Positions 21,328 to 32,173 of a DNA stretch of 64,000 nt are shown here, in pieces (the stretch's first letter is position 1; each line of letters begins with the position of its first letter). A program made the translations under genes and the position numbers. The DNA is from an uncultured Poribacteria bacterium (GTDB lineage Bacteria; Poribacteria; WGA-4E; WGA-3G), in assembly GCA_951813565.1 (NCBI GenBank), contig OX638351.1:2624001-2688000 (forward strand), given 5' to 3'. Under the pieces are notes generated by a model. The model saw only the letters and a list, made by a program, of their open reading frames with translations, made no database searches and had not been told where the DNA came from.

Positions 21328-22038
21328 TTAGTGAAATAATAACGCGGCATCTAACACACCCAAATGGAGTGAAGCGCGTTGTTCAAGTGGCCAAACGGTC
21401 GGTGTTTCGGTGATGATGACATGCTTGCTGTGGAAATGTAATAGGTAGGGAGCTAAACCTTGCGTGCCCCATTCTGAGGCAACCTTGTAAACGCCTTGGG
21501 CGATGTCAGGCGCATCTTCACCCGAATCTTCGGTATCTATCGGACCTATGGATTTGACAGTGTTAGCGATTTCGGGACCGATATACTGTTCATCCTGTTT
21601 TCCTTCGTAGAGGTAGAATCCTGTTGTCTCATAGTCTTCATGAAAGTCTATCGCTAATGAAAATTGTGTTTGACCAAATGCTTTTTTGACGATTGCCACC
21701 TCAGAAATTTTCTCGGTCTCAAAAGAACGGTTAATATCAACACCATCGCTATTCTCTCGTGTATCGTGGACATAACCATAAGGATTGACACACGGAATTA
21801 CCACAAACGTAAACTTTTTCAGGAGTTCGGTATTATCGCGTTCTAAGAACTGTAGGACTGCTTCTATACCTGCGGGTTCATCACCGTGTACGCCACCCGT
21901 GATTAGGATGTTCTTGGACGTGTTTGTTGATGATTCAAGACGAAGTAGATGTATTGGATAGTCGGAAACTTTACCGATTATTTTCATCGGTATTTCTATT
22001 TTGTTCAGACGATCAACTATCATACTATAATCGCGCAA
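21328..22038 (-). CDS. M14-family zinc carboxypeptidase / succinylglutamate desuccinylase-like protein
   Basis: GVHGDEPAG, NPYG, DINRSF and DFHED motifs; start may be ATG 22023. Confidence 0.85.
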   Translation of the reverse strand: MRDYSMIVDRLNKIEIPMKIIGKVSDYPIHLLRLESSTNTSKNILITGGVHGDEPAGIEAVLQFLERDNTELLKKFTFVVIPCVNPYGYVHDTRENSDGVDINRSFETEKISEVAIVKKAFGQTQFSLAIDFHEDYETTGFYLYEGKQDEQYIGPEIANTVKSIGPIDTEDSGEDAPDIAQGVYKVASEWGTQGLAPYLLHFHSKHVIITETPTVWPLEQRASLHLGVLDAALLFH

Positions 22039-22077
22039 TATGAGAATCCTTTATTGAGGAGCAATCTGCAATAAAAC

Positions 22078-22884
22078 CTATTCTTGTGTATTTCGCCACT
22101 CAGCGAAATCCTTTTCAATCTCTTCCGACCATTTCCGATCAATTTCGCCGGGGGTGTAGACGCCTTCTCGCAAACGTTGGTGTCCAAATCGGTCGCGAAG
22201 TTGAACCTCCTCACCTTGTTCAACGACCTGCTGTGCAAAGTGCGGTGGAATAAAGATTACCCCGCCCCGTCTACCTAAAACCACATCTCCAGGTAAAACG
22301 GTCGCTTCAGCGATGCGGATAGGAATGTTAATACCGGTGAGTGTGACGTTTGCAATCCCAGTCGGGTCTACACCACGCACAAATGTAGCAAAATCTGGCA
22401 ATTCATAAATACCATCCAAATCTCTGATACCACCGTCAATTACCATGCCTGTCCTTGTTTTCGCGTAGATAGAATTGCCGAGGTTATCACCAGCAAAAGT
22501 GCCTTCTTTAACTTTTCCAAAAAGGTCTACGACGATAACATCATCTTGGACAAGCGTATCAATCACCCATGAGTTTTGACCACCAACACGACCTTCTTTT
22601 TCACCTTGTGTTGAAACGGCATCGCTAAAGTCAGGACGGACCGGGACAAAAGCGCAAGTTACTGCCCTGCCAACGAGAACACGGTCCGGATGCAGATTCA
22701 TCCAATCGCCTGCAAACTGAAACCTATAACCGTTCCCGTTGAGCACACCCCATGCTTGTTCTATAGAGATTGCTTTCATCCGTTGAAGAATATCATCAGA
22801 AACGCGCGGTCGTCCATCAGGGAATCGGTCACCTTCCCATAAATGCGTCATTGCAAGGATGTTTTCTTTATTGATAAGTTGCAC
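22078..22884 (-). CDS. RraA/HMG aldolase-family protein
   Basis: GRAVT, GDNL, VIDGGIRD and VLPGDVVLG motifs; GTG start. Confidence 0.88.
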   Translation of the reverse strand: MQLINKENILAMTHLWEGDRFPDGRPRVSDDILQRMKAISIEQAWGVLNGNGYRFQFAGDWMNLHPDRVLVGRAVTCAFVPVRPDFSDAVSTQGEKEGRVGGQNSWVIDTLVQDDVIVVDLFGKVKEGTFAGDNLGNSIYAKTRTGMVIDGGIRDLDGIYELPDFATFVRGVDPTGIANVTLTGINIPIRIAEATVLPGDVVLGRRGGVIFIPPHFAQQVVEQGEEVQLRDRFGHQRLREGVYTPGEIDRKWSEEIEKDFAEWRNTQE

Positions 22885-22914
22885 GTTTTGTCCCTTCCGC
22901 GAGTAGTATTAGCG

Positions 22915-23769
22915 TTAAAGTCCTGCGTTCTGCCACACCTGATTAAGTGATTCCGCGGTGGCTTTCGCGGCATCAGCGGGTTCCATTTCATTCACCTTTT
23001 TACTGAAAGGTTCTGGAGTCACAGGACCATCATAACCGATGTTGGATAGGATTTGCATCAATTCGGTAAGTGGAATAACACCCGTTTCAGCAGGCAAACA
23101 ACGGATGTTGTCAATCTGTTCATCTGGATCAATACCTGCAGGCGCGTCATTGATATGGACATAAACAACGTCCGATGCGGAAAGTTTTCTAACATCGTCA
23201 ACGGTAGAACGACAGGTGTACCAGTGCCACGTATCAAAGAGCAACCCAACGTTACCAGTGTCAACCGCCGCAGCCAATCCTAACATAGCGTCCATTGAAT
23301 ATGCAAAAAGGTGTTTTGCAGATTTCCGACTTGTCGCCGGTCCAATAAACTCAAGACCGATAGAATGACCATGCGCTTTGAGGATTTCGGCAACAGAACG
23401 GAGTCGTTTGACTGAGAAATCCCAATTTTCCTGAAACGGCATATCGTTTGAAGCAGGTCCGACAACAGTAGTCGTGCGGAAACAACCAAGTTCAGCTGCA
23501 AGCTCTGCACGGGCAGGTAATTGTGCTAATCCAGCATAATAATCAGCATCAGAGCCACGCCAATTAACACCGAATCCCCAACCGCCCATCGCGATGCCAG
23601 CGTCCGTCCACAAGTCTTTTACATATTGGACAGAGTGTTCTTCAGCAAGTTGACTCGCTTCACCGATATTTAGGTCAAGCCCTTCAAATCCGGCTTCTTT
23701 TGCTAATGCTAAACCCTTTTTCATATCTGCATGGATACCAATTGCACCAGTATTTAGATTTTTAAACAT
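22915..23769 (-). CDS. Sugar phosphate isomerase/epimerase (TIM barrel)
   Basis: GLEFIG, LFDTWHW, VHIND and GYDGPVTPEPF motifs. Confidence 0.88.
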   Translation of the reverse strand: MFKNLNTGAIGIHADMKKGLALAKEAGFEGLDLNIGEASQLAEEHSVQYVKDLWTDAGIAMGGWGFGVNWRGSDADYYAGLAQLPARAELAAELGCFRTTTVVGPASNDMPFQENWDFSVKRLRSVAEILKAHGHSIGLEFIGPATSRKSAKHLFAYSMDAMLGLAAAVDTGNVGLLFDTWHWYTCRSTVDDVRKLSASDVVYVHINDAPAGIDPDEQIDNIRCLPAETGVIPLTELMQILSNIGYDGPVTPEPFSKKVNEMEPADAAKATAESLNQVWQNAGL

Positions 23770-23824
23770 AATTTCTCCTTTCCATTTATTGTCTCAATTT
23801 TGTCGGAGGACGCCTACAAAATTA

Positions 23825-24529
23825 TTACTGCTTTTCGCCTCGCAAAACTTTCGCAGCAACAGCCCAAGGATAGTCATTGTCTTCCGCCTTTGCATCACGA
23901 TAGGTAGGAATCCACACCCAGCGTTCCTCACCTGAGCGGTTAGGATGACTTGAGTGAAGCGTCAGATCATGAAAAAAGACTGCACCGCCTGCTTCCAACT
24001 CTGCTGTAACAGCAAGACTTTCATCAACAGCATCGGGACGCAAACGATTTCCAAACCCGTGCCCATCACTTGCATCGCCATCATGCACAATCGCGGATTT
24101 ATGTGAACCCGGAAATAATTTGAGACATCCGTTTTCAACAGTAACATCATCAAGCGCAACCCAAATTGAATACTTGTGCGCGCCATGCCAATAGTGCCAA
24201 TCTTGATGCCACGGACTTGCAAAGGTCATTGACTCACTCTTAAAAACAACCTTATCGCTCAGAAATTCAATATCAGGTGCAAGTATTTCCGCCAATACAT
24301 CAAGAATTCGTTCATCGCCGACTGCTTCCTGAAAGACAGGACTTCGTGCCGCTAAACCAACATAAACACCGTGTCCAGCAACCGAACCCGTCTCTTTCTT
24401 AACTGCCTCCAGAATGTCAATACATTCCAATTTTAGCCGTTGCACCTCATCCCGCGTAAACAGATTAGGAACGATAGCAAACCCTGTCCGAGCAAAATCG
24501 TCGCATAGGGTTGACATTTCAACATTCAT
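23825..24529 (-). CDS. PhyH-family dioxygenase
   Basis: PWHQD, WVALDD, NGCL..PGSH and LHSS.PN…R motifs. Confidence 0.9.
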   Translation of the reverse strand: MNVEMSTLCDDFARTGFAIVPNLFTRDEVQRLKLECIDILEAVKKETGSVAGHGVYVGLAARSPVFQEAVGDERILDVLAEILAPDIEFLSDKVVFKSESMTFASPWHQDWHYWHGAHKYSIWVALDDVTVENGCLKLFPGSHKSAIVHDGDASDGHGFGNRLRPDAVDESLAVTAELEAGGAVFFHDLTLHSSHPNRSGEERWVWIPTYRDAKAEDNDYPWAVAAKVLRGEKQ

Positions 24530-24531
24530 AT

Positions 24532-25596
24532 TTATTCTACCTCAATGTGAACCTCGCGTCCCGTCTCACCACTTTTGAGCAAACCTTCCATCATCTGCTG
24601 AACGATCAGTCCGTGCCGAAGCGGTGCTTTGCACTGGACACCATCTAAGATACATTCAATGAAATGATCAGCAATCGCATCCCATGCTTCATTGTATTTA
24701 CTCTTAGGCAAGGTTATATCTATATCTTCAAATTCGCCTTTTTTATCTGTTCTATATGCTTTCAAGGGGCTAAGTGTCGCACCAGCTTCCGTTCCGAACA
24801 GTTCTATCTGAAATTCGCCTGGTTGATGGGATGCCCAGAAACTTTCCACTTGTAATCCTATTCCGTTTTCAAAGGTAATAAATCCGCCAGCATAATCGTC
24901 AGAGTCATATTTCTCGTACGTCTCCTTCGGCGGTTTTGTACGGTTCCAATAGCCGAGTCCGCGCGGTCCAAACTTTGCACCCGCAGCACCAAGAACAGCA
25001 ACAGGTTTCGGCATACCTATAATCCACCAGACAGAATCAAGCACATGCACCCCCATATCACGGAATGCGCCGCCACCTTTCTGTATGAAACCGAGATTCC
25101 ATGCGGGGATTCCACTTCTGCGAACACTTCGCGCACGGGCATAATATAGTTCACCGAAATAGTTGTCACGAGCAAGATTACCAAGGTGTTGGCAGCTATG
25201 ACCAAAACGAGTTGAAAGAGACATCATATTGACGACTCCTGCAGTCTCGGCTTCTTGGACTAACTTTTCCGCTGCTTCTTCGCAATCTGCCAGCGGCTTT
25301 GTTACCATGACATGCTTACCATTCCGCACTGCTTCTAACGCTATCGGCACATGCCACTGATTCGGTGTCCCAACAAACACTGCGTCAATATCCGACGCTT
25401 TGCACATCTCCTTGTAATCTGTGTAGAGTTTGACTTTACCCGGTAAATCTTTGGCAAAACCTTTCATGCGTTCTTCATCAAGATCGCAAAGCGCTACAAC
25501 TTTTCCTCTTGCATTCCTTGAGAGTGCTGCCCCATTCGGTCTACCAATACCCATGCCGACAACAGCAACGCGGACCTGTTTTTTCTTAGATGCCAT
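24532..25596 (-). CDS. Gfo/Idh/MocA-family oxidoreductase
   Basis: VAVVGMG, GTPNQWH, TKPLA and GGGAFRDMGVH motifs; GGAG RBS before ATG 25596. Confidence 0.9.
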   Translation of the reverse strand: MASKKKQVRVAVVGMGIGRPNGAALSRNARGKVVALCDLDEERMKGFAKDLPGKVKLYTDYKEMCKASDIDAVFVGTPNQWHVPIALEAVRNGKHVMVTKPLADCEEAAEKLVQEAETAGVVNMMSLSTRFGHSCQHLGNLARDNYFGELYYARARSVRRSGIPAWNLGFIQKGGGAFRDMGVHVLDSVWWIIGMPKPVAVLGAAGAKFGPRGLGYWNRTKPPKETYEKYDSDDYAGGFITFENGIGLQVESFWASHQPGEFQIELFGTEAGATLSPLKAYRTDKKGEFEDIDITLPKSKYNEAWDAIADHFIECILDGVQCKAPLRHGLIVQQMMEGLLKSGETGREVHIEVE

Positions 25597-25672
25597 TATA
25601 ATAGTGTCTCCAATTTTGATAGTTACGGCACACCAAATGCACTTATAGTATTCGGCGGCATGTGCCTCTATT

Positions 25673-26245
25673 TTAAAATGGTCTGCCAAATCTATTCAAT
25701 ATCGGACTGACTTCGTTTTTGACAGGTTTAATTGATTTCAGGTACGCCCAAATTGCCTTCAAGTCAGTATCACTCATTTGGGCATAATGCTTTGTTGTCA
25801 GCGTCTGCATCGGCGGAAAAATCTTTCGATTGTCTTTAGTGCCCTGATGATGTCCGGTACGTATAGCATCAATGAACATCTTCTCTGTCCATTCACCTAA
25901 TCCTGTTTCTTTGTCTGGAGTCAAATTAGATGCAAAACTTGTTCCGAACGGACCTGAAAAAGCACTCAATTTAGGTGAAGTCAATAGAAAAATGCTCTGT
26001 CGCATCATGTTAAAATTATAACGCGGAGAAGATTCAGTTGCAGGATGTCCCGCGAGATACATGTCCATATTGTATTCAGCACCCGCACGCGGTGTATGGC
26101 AATATCCGCACGCAGCAACTGCATCAACAAGATATTTCCCGCGTTCCACCATATCATTCTGGCTTTCGACTGACTGGATACTTATCGCTATTATGACACC
26201 GATGAAAAGTATCGTTAAACCAAATATTAAAAGTTTTTGGCGCAT
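25673..26245 (-). CDS. c-type cytochrome
   Basis: N-terminal hydrophobic leader, RGKYLV…ACGYCH heme motif, NLTPDKETGLGEW, PPM, AIWAYLKS. Confidence 0.9.
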   Translation of the reverse strand: MRQKLLIFGLTILFIGVIIAISIQSVESQNDMVERGKYLVDAVAACGYCHTPRAGAEYNMDMYLAGHPATESSPRYNFNMMRQSIFLLTSPKLSAFSGPFGTSFASNLTPDKETGLGEWTEKMFIDAIRTGHHQGTKDNRKIFPPMQTLTTKHYAQMSDTDLKAIWAYLKSIKPVKNEVSPILNRFGRPF

Positions 26246-26321
26246 TTCATTTCTCCTATAAAATTCAAATCTTGTGTAAATCTCACGTTAATTTAGCACT
26301 TTGTGCAAATAGATGCAATAG

Positions 26322-26347
26322 AAAAAGGCGCGGTTTAGACCGCGCCT
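26322..26347 (-). terminator. Putative intrinsic terminator after the TonB receptor
   Basis: Minus strand aggcgcggtctaaaccgcgcct followed by a T-run. Confidence 0.6.
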
Positions 26348-26374
26348 AAAATTCGTAGTAGCTATAAAACGATC

Positions 26375-29152
26375 CTAAAAACTATAGGACAACTTCGCGT
26401 AGTAAAGTCCACCGTTGAAACCGAACGGTGCGGACCTCCGAGAATACGTGAACACACCAGGGGAGTCAACAATGACCTGTCCAGCACCATCCACTAATGT
26501 TCCACCGCGCGACTGTCCAATCTCGTTTTCATCAGGGACTTGATCCAACAGATTGTTCGCACCGATGGTCAGTGAAAGTCCTTCATTCAGTTGATAATTG
26601 CCTTGGATATCGGTAAGCCATTTACCACCGTAGGTTTGACGTGCTGGATCGTCACCGCTACCTTCCTGAACAGTATATTCGCCAAAGTAGCGTAACGCTC
26701 CACCGATAGTAAGATCGCCGACGATGTAATCTGCACTAAAGTTAATACGCGTGTTCGGCTGCCACTCTTCAATCATGGAACGTTCCTGTGATGGGAAGAG
26801 TGTATCTTCAAGACCGACAAGAATTTCGGGTGCTTCCACATCGCCGATCACTTCAGTATCCGCATAAGTCAACGCAACTTTCAGATTGAGAAGTGATTCG
26901 TTGTCGAAAGCGTGAAGATAACCGGCGGCAACATCAACCCCTTGTGTACGTGTTTGTGCGACGTTCGTGAAGACCTGCGCGCTGTTAGCACCTGCTTCAG
27001 CTAAACCTTCAACATTATCAGCACTAAAACTACCACTCAGCACAATACGGTCGTCAATCTGAATGAGGAATCCATCGACTGTGAACCATAATTTCTCTAC
27101 TGGTTTCAGGACGACACCACCAGAGACGTTGAACGCTATCTCCTCTTTCAGTTCAGGAATACCGAGCGCACGTGCGGCGTCACTGTCATTGCGGAACGTA
27201 CCAACTTCAAGCGGTATAAGTTCCTCTGTGTTACCGTCACCATCAAGGTCATCAGCATCTACTTTGAATTGTGTACTGATGTTATTGAAGTAGAGTTGTT
27301 GTAGTGAAGGTGCACGGAAACCGGTGCTACCAGCAGCGCGTACTGCAACCTGTTTTGTAAGGTCGTAACGTGCTGTTGCTTTTCCTGTAACGGTTGTTCC
27401 AAAGTCGCTATACTGTTCACCGCGCACGGCTGCGCCGACAAGAAGTCCACTCATATACGATTCAAAGTCAGCATAACCGGCAATGTTGGTTCGACTTTCG
27501 TCTGTCTCTCGGTTCGGACTGAACCCAGGAAAGACTTGGATACCTGCAACGGCACCATCAGCACCGAGTCCAGCGTTTATCCATGAAGCAGGTTCACCTG
27601 CATGGATACCGTAGCCTTCACGCCGGAATTCTATACCGCCTGCCAAATTGATGAGAGAGGATTGATATTCCAGCGGATAGGTAACGTCCAAATTAAACGC
27701 TGTCTGTGAGAGTTCAAATCCACCTGCATCAGCAGAGGTAGGACTTGCTGCGCCGTAAGACGCATTCATAGAATTGGAGATGAAAAAGTCAAACGTATTC
27801 AACCCATGATTGACACTGGCATCAACATTCAGGTCAGTCGCTTCGTGTGTCCACGCTGCACCAAATGCAAGAGAGACATCTTCAATACCCGTGTTAATTT
27901 CAGGCAGGAAACCGTCAGGATAAATATCAGTTACTGTTCGTTCTGCTTGGTTTGCCCTACGATAAAAACCAGCACTATTGTTCTGACGTGTGGAATACCC
28001 ACCGAATGAATACAGTTCCATGCCACCAACAATCGGTAGACCGAAGTTGTAAAATCCGACTTTTTGTGTAGAATCGGCATCACCAATACGGAAGTTTTGA
28101 CGATCAAATGTGTATTCACGTGAATCAAACCATACCGGTTTTTCTGTTACCGTTCCATCATCATTTTCAATTTCAAGCATGTGGTCAGCAGGTCTGCCCT
28201 GATCTTCTTCTACCCAATCATATTGACGTGTGCCTGTGAGACCCGCGCGGTTCGTGCGGTATCTGTCGCGCCATTCTGCTGTCAGGTTAATAAAACCAGA
28301 TTCACCCACTTTCATACCGTAATTGGCGTTTCCGATCCATGTATCGCCATCACCTTCGTAGGTTTGTCCCCAATAAAAGTTGGCGTCGCCCGTATCAACA
28401 TCGTCTTTCAGCACAATGTTGATTACACCGGCAATAGCATCAGAACCGTATTGTGCAGCGGCACCATCACGTAGTACCTCAATCCGTTTGATAGCGGAAG
28501 ACGGTATCGCGTTGAAATCTGTGCCAGCAGTACCACGACCTACCGAAGTGTTGATGTGTAACAACGCACTTTTGTGACGACGTTTGCCGTTAACAAGCAC
28601 CAATGTTTGGTCTGGTCCCAAACCTCGTAAAGTAGCAGGACGTAACGCATCCGTTCCATCACTAATTGAGGAACTTGAAAAGTTAAAGGATGGCACTAAC
28701 ATCTGTAGTATACGTCCAGTCTCAGATTGTCCTGTGAGACTAAGCTGTTCTCTCTCAACCACATCAATCGGCGCGGGTGCCTGCAATGCACGCCGTCCAA
28801 TACTCCGTGTACCTACTACAACGACCGATTCTATAGTTTGGATAGGGGCAAGTACCACCGTTAATTCTTCCTGTCCTGCGGTAACATTAACCCGCCTATC
28901 AGCGAAACCGAGTGCCGTTATTTGCACTGCCTGCACACCTGCCACATCACTAAACATGGCTGTGCCGTTATCATCTGTTGTCTGTTCTTCGCTACCAATC
29001 AGCACCTTTGCTGATGGAATTGCGCTCCCATCTTGGTCTTGAACGACCACTTTAAGAGCTTCTGCATTTGCTGTCAACGGTATTACTGAGACGATGCCGA
29101 ATAAAATTGCGACAACATACCAAAAACACCTATTATTCTCTGAAATTAGCAT
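26375..29152 (-). CDS. TonB-dependent outer-membrane receptor
   Basis: Signal peptide, N-terminal CarboxypepD-like domain, plug (LRGLG…LVLVNGKR, IEVLRDGAAAQYGSDAIAGVINI), C-terminal F. Confidence 0.95.
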   Translation of the reverse strand: MLISENNRCFWYVVAILFGIVSVIPLTANAEALKVVVQDQDGSAIPSAKVLIGSEEQTTDDNGTAMFSDVAGVQAVQITALGFADRRVNVTAGQEELTVVLAPIQTIESVVVVGTRSIGRRALQAPAPIDVVEREQLSLTGQSETGRILQMLVPSFNFSSSSISDGTDALRPATLRGLGPDQTLVLVNGKRRHKSALLHINTSVGRGTAGTDFNAIPSSAIKRIEVLRDGAAAQYGSDAIAGVINIVLKDDVDTGDANFYWGQTYEGDGDTWIGNANYGMKVGESGFINLTAEWRDRYRTNRAGLTGTRQYDWVEEDQGRPADHMLEIENDDGTVTEKPVWFDSREYTFDRQNFRIGDADSTQKVGFYNFGLPIVGGMELYSFGGYSTRQNNSAGFYRRANQAERTVTDIYPDGFLPEINTGIEDVSLAFGAAWTHEATDLNVDASVNHGLNTFDFFISNSMNASYGAASPTSADAGGFELSQTAFNLDVTYPLEYQSSLINLAGGIEFRREGYGIHAGEPASWINAGLGADGAVAGIQVFPGFSPNRETDESRTNIAGYADFESYMSGLLVGAAVRGEQYSDFGTTVTGKATARYDLTKQVAVRAAGSTGFRAPSLQQLYFNNISTQFKVDADDLDGDGNTEELIPLEVGTFRNDSDAARALGIPELKEEIAFNVSGGVVLKPVEKLWFTVDGFLIQIDDRIVLSGSFSADNVEGLAEAGANSAQVFTNVAQTRTQGVDVAAGYLHAFDNESLLNLKVALTYADTEVIGDVEAPEILVGLEDTLFPSQERSMIEEWQPNTRINFSADYIVGDLTIGGALRYFGEYTVQEGSGDDPARQTYGGKWLTDIQGNYQLNEGLSLTIGANNLLDQVPDENEIGQSRGGTLVDGAGQVIVDSPGVFTYSRRSAPFGFNGGLYYAKLSYSF

Positions 29153-29478
29153 ACTTTTACTCCTTAGGTTTTAGTTTTAAATAGTATCTGTAATTTTATA
29201 GATTATGAAGTGGAACCACAAAAACCCCTGATGTTTATCTGTGTTTCCACTCAACACACTATAATTATGACCTATTCTGTTGTAAAATGCAAATGAAATT
29301 GTTTTCTTATGATTTTCCCTCTATTTCATAGAAAAGAAAATTGCGATCCAAACGCATTGATTTTTTAACAATAAACTCAAATTTTATGCTAAACTTAAAT
29401 GTGTTATTATCATCTTTGACAATTTTCCACAGACACTATTGTCTGTTCTGAATTTATTGCTGGTAGAAAGAGAACAAC

Positions 29479-31107
29479 ATGCTTGGCACAATGATGAACT
29501 ATCCCTTAACACTCGCGCAGATTTTAGAGCATGCGCACTGTATCCATGGAGATAAGCAGGTTCACTCACTGTTGCCAAATGGAAGATTGCATACCTATAA
29601 CTACGATACGTTATACCTTCGTGTCAAGCAATTAGCAAACGCTATCACCACATTGGGTGGACGACCAGGTGATAGAGTCGCAACTTTCGCATCTAACACG
29701 TATCAACACTTAGAACTCTGCTGTGCAGTTCCTTATGCTGGCGCAACCATTCACCCGCTCAATGTGCGGCTCGCACCAGCACAACTCGCAAAAATTGTGG
29801 CGGAAGCAGATGATAAACTCATTTTTGTTGATGGAGCTTGTGCCGAACAGTTTTCTCAACTACAACATAAGATTGACTGCAAGCATGTTATTTTTTTTAA
29901 TATAGATACTAGACAGAATCAAAACCTCGGCAACCTTTCTATTGAATATGAACAGTTTCTTTCCGAAGCAGATGATGATTATACATCGGATATTCAGGAC
30001 GAAAATTGGGCAATGGCATTATGCTACACAAGCGGAACAGATGGTGAACCGAAGGGAGTTCTCTACACACATCGTTCTATGTTTCTGCACACGCTGGCAG
30101 TCAATCAAGCAGATGTGTTCGGACTAACCGAATCGGATGTAGTCATGCCGCTTGTTCCGATGTTCCACGCGATGGGATGGGGTTTACCCTACGCGTCCAT
30201 GTTTGTCGGTGCGGATATTGTATTTGCTGATGCTAACCATAAGCACATCGTTGACCTCATCGCTGAAACTGGTGTTACCGTTGCTGCCGGCGTACCGACA
30301 GTCTGGACGAAACTTCTTCCTGAATTGCGAGAAAGAAAACAAGACATATCTTCATTACAGCGACTGATTGTCGGTGGTGAACCGATGCCATCTACACTTA
30401 TTGAGGTTTATGAGGAGGAACTTGGGGTTGAGGTGCGCCACGCTTGGGGCATGACAGAGATGTCACCGACAGGAACTTTCTGTACGCTGCGAAAAGCACA
30501 TCAAAAATATTCTGACGCTGAAAAATGGAAAATTAAAGCGATGCAGGGTAGACCTATACCCGGAGTTCAGATCCGCCTCGCAAATGAAAACCGAACCGAA
30601 CTCCCTTGGAACGGAGTGACAATCGGAGAATTACAGGTAAAAAGTCCTTGGACAGCGCGCAGCTACTACAAAAATGAACCGACACCCGAACATTTCACTG
30701 CTGACGGATGGTTGCGAACAGGTGATCTTGCGACTATCGACGCTGAAGGTTACATGCAGATTGTTGACCGCGCGAAGGCAATAATCCGCAGTGGTGGGGA
30801 ATCTATCTCGCCTGTCGCATTAGAGAATGTCCTGTTAAAACATCCGTCCATAAAAGACGCAGCGGTTATCGGCATCTCAGATGAAAAGTGGGGTGAACGA
30901 CCACTTGCTATTGTTGTCCTCTCACCACAGAAAACTGAAAATATCTCGGAGATACTAAAACAACATCTCGCTACGGAATTTCCAAAATTCTGGATTCCTG
31001 ACAAGTTTGTTGTTGTTGATGAGATACCGAAAACAGGTGTTGGCAAAACCGATAAGCATGCTATTATGGAACTGATCACAGCAAGCCAAAAAGGAGAATT
31101 GCTATGA
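29479..31107 (+). CDS. Acyl-CoA ligase (long/medium-chain fatty acid--CoA ligase, DmdB/AlkK-like)
   Basis: YTSGTDGEPKG, PMFH, WGMTE, RTGD and IPKTGVGK motifs. Confidence 0.92.
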   Translation: MLGTMMNYPLTLAQILEHAHCIHGDKQVHSLLPNGRLHTYNYDTLYLRVKQLANAITTLGGRPGDRVATFASNTYQHLELCCAVPYAGATIHPLNVRLAPAQLAKIVAEADDKLIFVDGACAEQFSQLQHKIDCKHVIFFNIDTRQNQNLGNLSIEYEQFLSEADDDYTSDIQDENWAMALCYTSGTDGEPKGVLYTHRSMFLHTLAVNQADVFGLTESDVVMPLVPMFHAMGWGLPYASMFVGADIVFADANHKHIVDLIAETGVTVAAGVPTVWTKLLPELRERKQDISSLQRLIVGGEPMPSTLIEVYEEELGVEVRHAWGMTEMSPTGTFCTLRKAHQKYSDAEKWKIKAMQGRPIPGVQIRLANENRTELPWNGVTIGELQVKSPWTARSYYKNEPTPEHFTADGWLRTGDLATIDAEGYMQIVDRAKAIIRSGGESISPVALENVLLKHPSIKDAAVIGISDEKWGERPLAIVVLSPQKTENISEILKQHLATEFPKFWIPDKFVVVDEIPKTGVGKTDKHAIMELITASQKGELL

Positions 31108-32141
31108 AAATGAAAGCTGCTATCTATTCAGGTATTGAACAAATTGCGATCCAAGAGGTAGAACTTAACGAACCACCACCCGGTTTTGTCCTTGTTGATA
31201 CGAAGCAGACAGGTATCTGCGGCAGTGATCTCCACAGCTACTTCGGACATTGGGGACAATCTCATGAACACGCCGCGGGTCATGAAACATGTGGGACAGT
31301 TACTGCGCTCGGCGATGGCGTAACAGGATTTGAGATTGGAGACAAGGTTGCAGTGGAATGTTTTTCTCACTGCGGCACATGCAAATATTGTGAAACAGGT
31401 CAATACAATCTTTGTTTCAATAGAGCCTGGATCTCTCCGAATATGCACGGTGGATTTTCAGAATACACTGCAACACACCAGTCAGGTCTGTTCAAACTAC
31501 CACAAGACATGACATTTGAACAAGGCGCACTTGTGGAACCGCTTGCTGTCTCGCATCGTGCTGTGGCGCGTTCAGGTGCGAATTCGCGTGACAGGATGGC
31601 AATTATAGGTGGCGGCACCATCGGTCAATTCTGTTTAGCAGATGCTGTTGCTGCGGGTGTGAAAGAGACGCTGATTACCGTCAAGTATCAACAACAAGCA
31701 GAACTCGCAAAATCCCTCGGTGCTGACCATATCGTCAACATTGGCGACACCGATGTGAGAGAATACGTCAACGACATTACTAATGGCATCGGTTTTGATG
31801 CTGTTATTGAAACGGTAGGTGGTGCAGAAAACTTCAACACTGCCACAACTATCGTTCGCAAACAGGGCACTGTCGTCCTCGTTGCTGGATACTACAAACC
31901 GCTTGAGGTAAACTTATCAACTATCGTCTGGTCGGAGGCTTCTATTACAGGTTCTAACTGCTACGGATACAGCGGTATGGAAACCGACTTTGAAGCGGCA
32001 ATTGAACTGATAGACAGCGGAAAAGTGGATGCAACAAAGTTGGTGACACACTATTATCCGCTTGAAGATATTCAGGAAGCGTTCCGTGTTTCTGCCGATA
32101 AAACCTCTGGCGCTATCAAGGTACATGTCTGTCAGGAGTAA
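31104..32141 (+). CDS. Zinc-dependent alcohol/polyol dehydrogenase (MDR)
   Basis: GICGSD, GHE, CGTCKYC…C and GGGTIG motifs. Confidence 0.92.
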   Translation: MKMKAAIYSGIEQIAIQEVELNEPPPGFVLVDTKQTGICGSDLHSYFGHWGQSHEHAAGHETCGTVTALGDGVTGFEIGDKVAVECFSHCGTCKYCETGQYNLCFNRAWISPNMHGGFSEYTATHQSGLFKLPQDMTFEQGALVEPLAVSHRAVARSGANSRDRMAIIGGGTIGQFCLADAVAAGVKETLITVKYQQQAELAKSLGADHIVNIGDTDVREYVNDITNGIGFDAVIETVGGAENFNTATTIVRKQGTVVLVAGYYKPLEVNLSTIVWSEASITGSNCYGYSGMETDFEAAIELIDSGKVDATKLVTHYYPLEDIQEAFRVSADKTSGAIKVHVCQE

Positions 32142-32173
32142 TACAATTCATACGATTTGGAAGGAATTTTACT

